This document shows, piece after piece, positions 20,645 through 31,758 of a DNA stretch of 64,000 nt. The stretch comes from Macrostomum hystrix (lineage: Eukaryota; Animalia; Platyhelminthes): assembly GCA_950097015.1 (NCBI GenBank), contig CATNEN010000003.1, positions 1,364,001 to 1,428,000 of the forward strand. Direction: 5' to 3'. Below the pieces are notes generated by a model that was given only the letters and a program-made list of their open reading frames with translations, was not told the origin of the DNA and did not search any database. The position numbers and the translations under genes were made by a program. Each line of letters opens with the position of its first letter. Positions within the stretch are counted from its first letter, which is position 1.

Positions 20645-21981
20645 ATGATCAACCTAATGCACTGGCCGAATGAGTGCATATCTGGCTTGACCATGGACGA
20701 GATTCGACTCCAGAGGGAGCTCTTCCAGCTGAACGACGTGGTGGAGAAGGAAATGTATGAAGATTTTGAATGTCCCACCCTGGACGAACTCTGTGCGTTA
20801 CTGCCAGACGACTCTACCGCGGATTTGGAGGCAATTGCAGCGCAGCAATACGAGGATACGAAGGTCGTGTCCACCGAGAGACAAGAGGTCGCTGCAGTCG
20901 AACGATTCAAGCAGTTCCTGACGACAAACGCATTTTTGCCTTTCGACATCGATTTGTGCAGTGAGGATGAACTGGCCTGCAAGCTGCGACTGTTTTACGC
21001 CACACTAAGAAAGGAAGACGGTTCTCTGTACGCTCCGACATCTCTGATTTGTGCGAGAGCTGGACTTTTCCGCTACTTTCGCAGGGTTAGGTCTCTGAAC
21101 ATAATCGAGAATGACAAGTTCCACGCAGCCAATCTGGCTTTGAAGGCGGTGGCGCGAATGTTTCTAAAGGCTGGTAGACGGATCAACCATTACGAGGCCA
21201 TCAGTGAGGAAGATGAGGGCAGGTTGGCGCAGTACTTTGACCGTGCGTCGCCGACGACCCTGTTGCACGAGGTATACTTTGTCCTCATCTACTTTTTCGG
21301 CCAGCGTGGGAGAGAATGGTTCCGTGGATTGGATTCGGACAGTCTGGTGTTCGAGGACAATGCCGACTGTGGCACTCTAGTCCGGCTTCGCACAGGGTTG
21401 CAGAAGAATCTGGGACGGGAACTCAATGCCGGAGCCATGAGTGACAACAGAGAGGCGGTGATCAAGGCCACTGGGACGACGCAATGTCCAGTGCAGGCAC
21501 TGCGGCTTTACCTCGAGAAGCGACGGGAGGCTCTGGGTGACGCTGAGACGGAAGGATCTCCGCTGCTTCTGACACCGAAGAAGTCCTCTGCAGCTGGGGG
21601 CCCATGGTACACGAAACAGCCAGTCGGGGTGAATACCGTTGGCGGAATGATGAAGACTATCTCAACGAAAGCTGCCCTGTCAAAGATCTACACGCCGCAC
21701 AATATTCGGCCAACTGTGATTGCGGACCTTCACCAGGCAGGATTCAGGCTGGAGCAAATTTGCAAAATTACTGGCCACAAGGAGGCAAAGACTGTGCAAC
21801 GGTGAGTACCCATATATGACGGGCTTTGCACTAACAAAGTGAACATGTCAACGTCATGAGTAACTACTTTCAATCGCACTTTAGGTACCTCACGCATGGG
21901 AAGCGGAAGGCAACGGACATGGGGAAGATGTCAGACGCTCTATCCGGATCGTTGTACGGGCGTCAACAGCGGGCGTGGTAG
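20645..21981 (+). CDS. Crypton tyrosine recombinase YR2 (KCTD1-like/CryptonA-type); two exons 20645-21801 and 21885-21981
   Basis: FGQRGREW, QKN, HNIRPT, TGHK. Removing the GT-AG intron 21802-21884 restores TVQRYLTHGKRK...MSDAL, aligning with YR3 TVERYLRFGSRR...MSVSL. The expected tail ...FENCTFNLK (to 22241) is in another frame, implying a frameshift near 21960. Confidence 0.88.
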
Positions 21982-22375
21982 CAATTCCAGGGCCGCCGCC
22001 GCAGAGATCAGCTGAGCCCACCCCCGACGGTGTCATCCGGCATGTCAACTGTCATCTGACAGTTCCAGGGGTCACCGGCGCATCGACGCCGCATGCGCAG
22101 CAGTCCACGCTTCAGCTTCCCTCCAGTCAGGTGGTGCAGCAAGTTTGTGTGACAAGTTCGACCCCTGGCAACGCTGGAGCTCCAGCGCTGTCATTCCACT
22201 TTGGTGGACATTTTGAGAACTGCACATTCAACCTTAAGTGAGCTGCCTGAGTTCTAATAAGAGCACGAGTAAGTGACATTTCTACTTGACAATGCCACAC
22301 ACGGTCATCTGGAGTATGCCGTGCAAACTGCTATGAAAATGTTGTCGCCGTTAATATTTCGTAAACACCAACAAC

Positions 22376-23721
22376 CACAGATTCTATATTACTGTGCTAT
22401 AACCTGCTGCTTATCGGTTCTTACGCAAGCAATCAGGCCTTCTGCTTCCATCCGAAACAGTTCTGAAGCGCAGAATTCGATTATTTTTTTCGGATACCGG
22501 AGTCTGCAGCTTCACCATTGCTGAACTGAAGACCTACTTTTCACGAAAGTCCAGGGAGGAGAAGATCGCTACGCTCTGCCTGGACGGAATGCGCATCTCT
22601 CCATCAGTCAGGTTTGACAATAATAGCGATGCAATTATTGGACTGGCTTCAGGATTCGAGGCGTTGGAAAATGCAAAGCCGGTGAATCAGGCCATTGTTG
22701 CACAACTGCGAGGCATCGCGGCCCCGTGGAAACAGCCCATCGCCTGCTAATTAGTCAACCATGGCCAAAAACAACCGGAATTCAAGGCTGCCATCAACGA
22801 ATGCCTGAAGGCCGCCAATGAAGCAGAAATTTGTGTGAAGGCAGTGGTGACTGATCAAGAGCCTACACAGTGGGCTTACATCAAGAAGACGGTCTCCTTG
22901 CCGCAGCCAAGCTTCCCACATCCATCTACAGGCGAGCCCGTGTACTTCATACTGGACGTTCCTCACTGCTTGAAAAATACGAGAAACTGCCTACTTAAGC
23001 ACGACATCGAGTATGGTGGCAACAAGCGGGCTACCTGGCGACACCTGCGTGAATTCTACGAGTCTGAGCGCAGACGAGAGCTGAAGCTGGCGGTAAAACT
23101 GACAGATGCGCATTTCTGTCCCGGTATCGCGCAGAAAATGAAAGTCTCGCTGGCGGCGCAGGTTTTCAGCCATTCCGTTGCGAGCGGCATGCGAGTTCTG
23201 GTTGATCATGATCGAATGGAGAAGTCCGCTCTGCAGACAGCTGAGTTTGTGGAGAAAGTAAACGAGATGTTTGACATTCTCAACTCTGCTAGTTTATTCG
23301 GCAAGCATGGAAAAGGTGCAGTTACCGAAGAGTCCGCTGAGATGGTACTGAGCCAGCTGTCAGCAGCGCAAGAATTCATTTTGACATGGCGATTCTCGCC
23401 TGTGTGTTTGCTTGTCATGCTTATCTGTCATGCTTGCCTGTCATACTTGCTTGTTTAATCACCATGTTATCCTTATTTGTTTTTATTGTTCCGCGCATTC
23501 AAGAAATATTCGGCTCAGAAATTTGTTACTCGCGTTTTCTCCAATTAAAAGTCATTTCTCAATATTGGCTCGCCTATAGCGTTAAAGGCAAATAACATAG
23601 TTTCCTAAAAAGATATATCAATGCGGCAGTATTTAACTCGCGTCTGTGGCAAAAACACTGGGTTTTCGATGAACGAACGATTTCTCTTGGAGTGACCAAT
23701 CTAGGTAATATAGAATCTGTG
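22376..23721 (+). mobile_element. Internally deleted P-element (THAP9-like transposase pseudogene)
   Basis: 17-bp TIR CACAGATTCTATATTAC; 8-bp TSD CCAACAAC (22368-75, 23722-29). Transposase motifs LCLDGM, WKQPIA, VVTDQ, DVPHCLKNTRN, KMKVSLAAQVFSHSVA, FDILNS, with stops. Confidence 0.92.
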
Positions 23722-23980
23722 CCAACAACAATCCCCTTGTTGTACCGTTAATTCTTACTACGTTTTGAGCTCAAATAAATGCACTCTAAGTTTGCGTGCT
23801 GATAACGGTCATTGACGCACGCATTTTAGGCCGTTGATGCACGCTGTCTATGGTAAAATCTAGCATTGACGTGGCACGCTGAGACTGCCTATCGTTTGAT
23901 AATGCGTTTTGTTCACACTGCCCACGCTTTGTTTAATGTGTTCGGACCATAGACGACTGCTTTCTCACACAGTGACAAGT

Positions 23981-24350
23981 CATTGGCATATAACCAAGTG
24001 TGCGTAAACGTCTCAAGCTCGTGTATAGTTTATGGCCCAAAGGCCATCAAAGAAATAGATTGAAGTGTGCAGTAAATTCCGCAACTGTGCGGTAAATGAT
24101 ACTCCACTTGATCTCCGTGCCATCCCTCTTCTGAGCTACTATGCAGTAAATCCCAGACGGGTATTGTCTATGGGCCGAAGGAGCTGGTCTTGCGCACACA
24201 CACTTGGTCATAAATCAATGCACTTATGCTAGGCTTCCGAGTGCGTAAATAGTCTTTGCACGAGTGCGCGCAGCGCACTTATCTGTCATGCTACCATTTA
24301 AGATAAATAAATCTATTTTTTGCCATAAATCTACCAATAAATCTACCATT
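23981..24350. mobile_element. Non-autonomous Crypton-type element (family II), second copy, hairpin inverted and truncated
   Basis: Near-identical to 9455-9697 over ~240 bp; CATT at both ends. Confidence 0.75.
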
Positions 24351-24388
24351 TAAAACACGAACTAGCGAGATCGTGTAGCCTTGTCTGT

Positions 24389-26500
24389 CATTGTATCACG
24401 CTGGCGCGTGTTAGATGCACGATTTACTGTGCGTCTAATGTAGTTGTCTATGGCAATTTTCTATCTGAGTAAAAACAACAAGCGTGCGTCTAACGCGTGT
24501 AATGCACGGAAAGTGAGTATATTTTAATAAGTATACTTCTGCTACAAGTACAACGAACGAACAACATGGAATTGTGTAAACAAGGTAGACTGTGTAGACG
24601 CCTGACCCAAGTGATTTCCATTTTAAGTCATCGAAAATGCTTTACATCGCTTATTGTGTATTCACATCGTGGACCCCCCGTCCTTTCGGTCCCTACACAG
24701 GCTTTTGTAAATCCCGATTACAGTTACAGTAACAGGAACGGTTAGCAGGTGCACAGACAGGGAAAGCGAATAAAGATGAAGGCGTTCTGCATGTGGAAGT
24801 TCATTGTGGGAAAAGTTCATTGCTATTACTCACTCTAAGAATTGAACGTGCAGTTGTTGACAGTGTTGTAGAAGTTGTAAACCACAGTTGGCTTCTTCTT
24901 GGCGTCATCACTTGGCGTCCCACCAGCAACGTCCGACGTGTCAGAAATAATCAGTGACTGGCTCATGACGGTAGAAGAGTCTTTCATAATCACGTCTTGC
25001 ATGGAATCATCCTTGTGTAGTGCAGAAGCCAAGCTGACCGACATGTCTCGCATTTCACCGTCCCTTCTGGAGCCAAAGCGTAAGTAGCGTTCTACAGTTC
25101 GCGTCTGCTTATGGCCAGTCACTTTGCAGATATCAGACACACTGTAACCTGCGTTAGATAGCTCCTTTATTACCGTGGATCGAATGCAGTGCGCAGTGTA
25201 TGACTTTGATAAATTCGCCTTCTTTGAAATGACGGTCATCAGCTGGCCCAAGGGATTCACACCAATTGCCTTGTTCGGGCAGTACCATGCTCCATTTGCC
25301 CAACCAGTCTTTTTCGGCAGTAAGAAGAAAGGATATCTTTTCACCGTCTCCGAACTGCTTGATGGAATGGATTGCTCACGCTGAGCTAAATAGAGCTTCA
25401 TAGCTTCCACAGGGCAGCGGCTTCTGTCTGGCAACGCACTCATAACAGCTTGCTTGACATCGTCACACGAGTTCCTGGAGAGTTCTTTGCCAACATTCTT
25501 TACTGTTCCAGCAACAAAGCGCACCACTTCAATCCCATCGGAATCCGTCTCGAATCGAAAGGAATCATCGCTCAGTGAACGGATCCACTCGCGACCTCTG
25601 TTTCCAAAGTAGAAAATAATGTTGTAGTGCACTTCATGAAGTAGCACCTCTGGAGATTTCCGATCGAAGTAGTCAGACAGCCTCTTCAGATCAACAGGCT
25701 CGATCGATTGAAAGTGTCGGGCGCGTCCGCCTCGGGCAATGAAGATTCTGCCCATTGACTTCAGTGTCGTATTGGAAGCATAGAATGCGTCGTCAGTTAG
25801 AATATTGATTCGCCTTGTCGACATGAAATGCCGGTAGAGCGCAGCTCGGATGCAAATCAACGTGGCTGGAGCAAAGTATTCGCCATTCCTCTTGCGAAGT
25901 GGCGAAGAAGTCGCCAAATCACGCTGAACTGACGGATGGTTCTCCATGAAGCTCTGCAACTTACCGACATAATATTCGGTAGCCTTTGTCACACTCTTAC
26001 TAGCAGCGGTGTCCTCGATTTCGGAAACGAGCTGTTCCAATTCAAGTAGTTCAGCTTCTTCGTCAGGTATCTTCTTGAAAAGTGCCTCCAGAAGATCCTC
26101 CTCTTCTCGATCAATCGCCGACTCCGGTAGATTATCAGGCTCGTTCAGGATGTCGTCAATCTCATTGGTGGACAAGCCGGAAATCATTTCGTTCGGAAAT
26201 TTGCTCAGATTCAGAAGTCTGACTTTAGTTGGTGGCTCAGCCATATTCTCTCACAAGTGATTTTAATTTAACAGCTTCTTATTCCCTTCTTCGTAACACT
26301 CAATCAACTTGCGTGCCTTTCACGCATTTTGTCTATGGTTAAGACAAAGTCTAACTGAGCGTGCATCTAACGCGCCATCTAAAGTAGTAAGCCAACGTAA
26401 TACAATGCAACTCATACATCGATTTTTTGTGCTTAAATGGTCTATGGCACTCGTGCATCGACCATTTAAGCACGCAAAATCGATGTATGAATCCTACATT
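24389..26500 (-). mobile_element. Crypton-type element 3 (family II): IR-bounded body carrying YR3, plus hairpin
   Basis: Body IR CATTGTATCACG (24389) / CGTAATACAATG (ends ~26407); inner IR TGGCGCG(TG)TTAGATGCACG / CGTGCATCTAACGCGCCA; hairpin 26412-26490; terminal CATT 26497-26500. Confidence 0.7.
24835..26244 (-). CDS. Crypton tyrosine recombinase YR3 (KCTD1-like/CryptonA-type)
   Basis: 469-aa ORF with FGNRGREW, VKN, HCIRST, TGHK, VERY and C-terminal NNCTFN. Clear paralog of YR2 but appears to lack ~12 aa (EL...LR.FY helix) before LRKRNG. Confidence 0.9.
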   Translation of the reverse strand: MAEPPTKVRLLNLSKFPNEMISGLSTNEIDDILNEPDNLPESAIDREEEDLLEALFKKIPDEEAELLELEQLVSEIEDTAASKSVTKATEYYVGKLQSFMENHPSVQRDLATSSPLRKRNGEYFAPATLICIRAALYRHFMSTRRINILTDDAFYASNTTLKSMGRIFIARGGRARHFQSIEPVDLKRLSDYFDRKSPEVLLHEVHYNIIFYFGNRGREWIRSLSDDSFRFETDSDGIEVVRFVAGTVKNVGKELSRNSCDDVKQAVMSALPDRSRCPVEAMKLYLAQREQSIPSSSSETVKRYPFFLLPKKTGWANGAWYCPNKAIGVNPLGQLMTVISKKANLSKSYTAHCIRSTVIKELSNAGYSVSDICKVTGHKQTRTVERYLRFGSRRDGEMRDMSVSLASALHKDDSMQDVIMKDSSTVMSQSLIISDTSDVAGGTPSDDAKKKPTVVYNFYNTVNNCTFNS

Positions 26501-26600
26501 GGTTGGCTTTCAATCAGCTGCGCTTCGATTAGCAAGAATTCAAAGACTTCTGCTCTACAGCGAAAACTCTTGTCCAGACTCTTCGTTTAAGACGACAATT

Positions 26601-28423
26601 ATGGTAAGTTGATGAAAAATTTCTGATAGATTTTATACAATTGTGCGAACTGTAAGACTGTGAATTCATAATTTAGAATTGGCTTTCGGTAGTAAAGCCA
26701 ATTACGCTGCAGAAGTTGAAAATGAGGGCGAATTCCTATTTGGAAGTGGACATTACAGCAATGTTCACTTCGAAACTAGTAAATCTACGAAGATTTTTTC
26801 ATTTCAGCGGACTTTTCTGCTTGGGATCCTGACTTGGACATTGTGCTGTTGTGCTGTGTAAGTGTTATTCAATGTTAGTTCAATTACCATCAACAAATAA
26901 TTCAAGTTATGCATGAAGCTGCACAAATCTCGATTTTTGTTTTCGTTCAGTGACGTCGGACAACTTCACAGATTAAAATAGCATGATCCTTAATTTTCTA
27001 GTTTGCTTCGACGTCGTCACTGCTACATTCCAGAAACTCTTTTTCCTTTCTCTAAACAAATATTATTCTCAAAAATAGGTGATGCCCATTTGGCATTTGC
27101 AGGTCCGAGGCCGCCAACCACTACTGCGTGAACAGGCTCATAGTGACAATAGATATTGACTCATTCTACCACCGAGACGAGACTCTGGTGCCGAGAGTTG
27201 TTGATGAACCGCTCGACAGTCGGGATCAGGCCAAGAGCTGCAGGTGGACGATCGGGTTCAAGGGGATCAGCGAGCTGACTCAACTCATTCTCATTGGCAG
27301 CGGCCCAATTGAAATCCAATCCACCGAAAACGGATCGACGGCATCGCAGCTCACGGTGACCTCAACAACTGGCGTTGAATTTAACGTGACCGCAGGATTG
27401 GTGCAGACCATATTTCTGCGATCCGGGTGATCTGCTTGTCCTGCATCTTGCACTCGATTAATAGTTGCACAGATTTGTGAAAAGCTTTGAGTTTGAGCAG
27501 TTCTAGCAATTGAAGCCTTTTGTTTTCACACCTAGGGACTTCCTGGTTGTTGAAGCCAGCTGGGATCCAAAGCGCCGGGCGTCCTGCCAGGTCAGCCTGA
27601 GAATCGTTCTTCCCATTAAGGGGCACTGCACTAAAGATATGCTCAGCTTCCGAGGCACCTGTTACTATGTGAGTGAGACGAGGCAGGACCTGACTGGAGC
27701 TTTGTCAAGTTTCAGAGGCAACGCTCAGCTCGCCAGCTTCAGCAATCTCACGGAGATCAGGGCATTGATTGACGCTAGTAAGAAAAATCAATGAGATGAT
27801 AGAAAAGCTATAAAAGTATTGAACTCTGCTTACATTATCTTTAACTTCAGATAACGGCAAATCAACCGTTTATCCCTACAAGCGGCCTCTGATTCTGAAT
27901 TGGCCCGTCCGTATTGGCTTGTTCCGCAGCCCAGCTAATAATTCGTTACTATCCGTGGTCAGAACTGCTGGTCGTTGTGAGCAGTTTAGAGTGTCAACCG
28001 GACCGGAAGTTGAGTAAGTCCATCTAACTCCCTAAATTTAGTCTATGTCATTCTAGGATAATCCCATGGCAACTTAAACACTGACTGAACCCACATTTCA
28101 GAGTGCTTGATAGCGGTACTGGCCCATGTGGAGCAATGATTAACCTGACAGAGTCAGGGAAACCAGTGATTGAATTTAGCACCTGTTCGAAGCTGGTTAG
28201 GTCCCTGCTGAGCTTCCCAGAGACTGGGAGCTCTGAGCAGTGCAGTAAAGCTTATCTTGCTCTGGCCAAGGTTCCACATCTCATAAGGAATCTATCAAAG
28301 ACGACTGAATCGGATATTGGGACACATCAGACGAGATCCAGCGGTTCCACCAAATTATATACTACCGCCTTGTCAATCGCTGCCTCCTGTGTAACTGTTT
28401 TAACCGTTGCTGCCGTTTTTTAG
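26601..28423 (+). CDS. CUB-like/C-type-lectin-like TM receptor paralog
   Basis: ATG|gtaagt at 26601; signal exon 26808-26857 (RTFLLGILTWTLCCCA); NHYCVNRL..DSFYHRDETLVP..CRW; CTKDMLSFRGTCYY..AQLASFS; PVRIGLF; GPCGAM..FSTCS; ends within a hydrophobic segment. Confidence 0.75.
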
Positions 28424-29419
28424 TAAATTTATTTCCGTTTTTTGATATTTCTACTGTTAGTAGTCTGATAGCACTGCCCTTATAAAAACAAGCTAAATAT
28501 TTTACAAAAGAAACAATCAAAATTCATGAAAAGTACCACTCTAGTCTACTAGGATGTTTATATGATTGAAAGGTGTCTAACTCCTCAGAAAAAAATCGCT
28601 ACCTTTAACATATAACAGTGTTTTACTAATATTTAATTGGAGATATTCCGTTTGAAATACTATTTTTAATGTAAATCAATAAATTGACTTATATAAAGCA
28701 GTGAATTTGGTATTCTAAGAAATAACTGAAATATCCCATCAGTTCGAGTTTGCAGAAAGCATAAATAAATTTTCACCACTGGGCCTGTAACACAAGTATA
28801 CTATAAATATGCTTGGTATGTACTTGGTTGACTTTTAAGGTATACGAGTGTAATAGGCTAGTTTAAATTCGCGCTTAAAATATGCTATACGTATACCAAT
28901 AATATTAGACCCATTTCGATTTGTTTAAATTACGTAAATATACTGAGTATACACCCAGCAAAGTAGGAAATGTTACTATAAATATAGACCAAATTCACTA
29001 GAGAAAATTAACCGTTTCAAAGCTTATTATAGAAACAATTGAAATCTCCTCGTAAGCGATCTCAAAAAGGCTTACTTATTTCTTAAGTAAAGTAAGTTCC
29101 GTGAACAAGCCGATCCGGGAAAAGCCCGAGAACAGACTAGCCAGAACAGAAGAGTCTGAACCATCTGACTTCACCTGATAGCAGTCTCCAGAACTGCCTA
29201 GATATAAGATCTAGAATTCTTCTGGCAGATGGCCAGAGCTATCGTGGTAAAGCCACGCTACCCAACTATCAGTAGTTTGTATCAGTCCACCCAAAAAGGG
29301 GTGCGGAATAATGATTGTACGAGCGTATAAGTCTCTGTGGGTGACTGGAAGTAATAAGTAAGCAAGTTAAAATAGACAGTTACACTATGAGGAGGATTTG
29401 TATTATCAGGAGAGTGCAA

Positions 29420-29670
29420 ATTTTGCGAGGAGGCAATTCTGCCCATTTCGCTGACTCCTGAGCACACACACAGACTGTACGCAGGCATACGCTCACACAG
29501 GTGTGTATATCTGCCCTGACTTTCTCATCGTCAGGCAGTGTACATTTCACTGTACCTTCGAGGTTGGCCCTCAAGGGCGTAAATTGCACGACAAGCCCCC
29601 AAGCCTTCTCTTCGCGGCTGCGCCCCAAATAAATAAGGCCTCGCCGTGGAATCGAACTTATAGGGACCGT
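29420..29670 (-). mobile_element. SINE family A
   Basis: Reverse complement of the family A body and head. Confidence 0.8.
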
Positions 29671-29914
29671 AGTGCATTAGAAGCATTAGAAACACATTTA
29701 CATTAGAAACATCCCAATTCGATCAAGAGCAACACTTTACATTAGATTACTTAGAATTAATGTACTTGCAAGTAAGTCAACATAAGAAACATCGTATGCT
29801 TGGTAAGTCGGTAAAATTTTACACGCTACCCACTTTGAAAACTTTAAAAGTCAATCATGTAATGAAAGTAAACATCGTTGACTGAATTGGTAAGTTTAGC
29901 TTGTTTGTTTTCTA

Positions 29915-31230
29915 GGATAACGCTTTGCCACAGGGATATTTTTCAGACGGTGACACCACTGGCGAATGTCTTGTTTGCAAGGAACAGAAGGGTATGAAGA
30001 CCAACAATCGTGGACTGCATGAGGACTGAGGACTGAAGGTGAGTATCTATCATGTGCTGAGGATCTATCATACTCATGCGGATGAGCGCTGCGCTGTGTA
30101 CAGTGCGTTTGTGGCTATGCGTCTAGCTAATTTTAAAGTCGCCAATCTGTTTCTATCGTGTTTTCGTGACTGTGACTGTTCCCCAAGCTGGAGAATGGCA
30201 CCAGAATGCCGCAATCGGACGCCATACAATGGACGGCATCGTCAAGGAATTACTCAAGGAGCTGGCAAACGGTACACTAACCAGTCACTATATGGAAAAC
30301 CTGTGCAGCTACGCTACACCAAGCTGGTTTTGAACGAGCTGATATCGCTCGCGTGACTGGCCACTCAAGCTCAGCTGGGGAAAAGTACATACATCTAGAT
30401 CGTGATGACCAGCAGCGCATCTCCAAAGCGTGGCAAATTATGCCGGTTGACGGTGCGAATTCTGGCTTGTCACCGGGGTCCAGATATTCAAACCGTCCCA
30501 GCATTGTCTGTTCTGAGGCTGCTCCTGCCGCTACGACTACAAGTACAAGTACTACTACTACTAGCGGGCTGATCGTCCCTGGCCGCGCCTGCGCAGTCCC
30601 TGCGAGGTCCACAGCAGGAAATCCTGCAGCGGCTCTGGGAGTAGGCCTTGGCCCGGATGACATGCCCGGCCAGCCGCAGGCGCCGCTGACTCAGAGGACA
30701 GAAGGCCGCGTCAGGCACGCACGCTGGTATAGGGACTCGGTTGTCTCGCTACCAGGGCCGCGTCGGGCGCCGAAAGCGGCGCAAACTAGGGCCGCATGCG
30801 CCGCGTCGAGCAGCACCTCGAGCGTCCCGGTCAGCGTCCAGCATTGTACAACAGGGCGGTATCGACAACCGCCTGGAACAGCTGGGACCTGGCGCCGTTC
30901 GACAGGGCCTCGGAGAGCAGCACCGCCAGCACAGAACGGAAGGCGGCCCAGGCCTCGCCGCGCCGTCTCGCCAGGTCGTCGACCACGTCAGGCACCAGTC
31001 CGCCGAGGTAGACGAACTGACGGCACTTCGTCACTGTCTCGTATTTGAATCTCGGCAGGTAGGTTATGCGGCACCGTCAGCACCTCGGTCTTCCTGGCGT
31101 TCCTTCCTACACTCTGACTACTACTAGTACTACTACTGCCACTACCCATTCGGAGGTGGCTCAGAACAATCTCAACACGCGAATGAAGCATAAAACAGGT
31201 TCCAACTACTGGTGACTGTTTATTTCATAG
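29915..31230 (+). pseudogene. Degraded YR1-like Crypton recombinase (YR4), interrupted by a LINE fragment
   Basis: Fragments GECLVCKEQKGMKTNNRGL, ERCAV..LFLS, YTNQSL, AGFERADIARVTGHSSSAGEKYIHLD closely match YR1; multiple frameshifts. Confidence 0.82.
30565..31116 (-). mobile_element. Non-LTR retrotransposon (RTE-like) 3' ORF2 fragment
   Basis: FVYLGG...AWAAF...LLYNA and RRLRLAGHVIR motifs; flanked by ACTACTACTAG direct repeats (30554, 31117). Confidence 0.75.
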
Positions 31231-31758
31231 CATCACAAATAGATCAATTATAGGTATTTTCCGTGCTCTTAGATTGAAGGAGGTGACTGACGGTAGCATC
31301 TGTTTTCCATCACTGCAACTTCGTGCATCAAAATATTTGTATATATTTGAAAGACAATTTTCTCCAGCAACATATCTAGACATTTTTATACAATTCTAGC
31401 AACTGAGCCACATGTTACTCTGCAAACTGAAAATTATCTCATCGTCCAATCAAATCCGTTGTTTGCGCCAACCCACGAACCTGGTGTGTAGGAAGGTTCA
31501 AATCCTGGCTGTCAGTTGTCTTACAAAGCCACGATCTTAACTTAACGCTCACAGGATTAATATTCGCAAAAATACTTTGTACGCACAACACTAACCTGTG
31601 TAACGGAAGTTCTGTTTAAGCGCTGTTATTAAAGTATGTAATTGGGAAAACATCAATGCCACAGTCGCATAGACCCATCCATCCCGTAGTGGCTTAAATT
31701 ATCGGATTGGAGTAAAATAATCTTCTTAGAGATAGGGATAGAGATAGAATTAAGAAAT

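Larger units (their letters stand above)
20366..23904 (+). mobile_element. Crypton-type element 2 (family II): hairpin plus IR-bounded body carrying YR2
   Basis: AATG at 20366 and 23901; hairpin 20376-20494; body IR CATTATCCAATGAGAGGC (20498) / GCCTATCGTTTGATAATG (ends 23904). Confidence 0.65.

Noticed and set aside
16249-26244. Domesticated host genes (ZMYM/QRICH1/KCTD1-like) or bacterial/phage integrases
   Set aside because: Catalytic residues retained, no MYM or BTB domains, element-like ends and a spliceosomal intron favour Crypton transposons.
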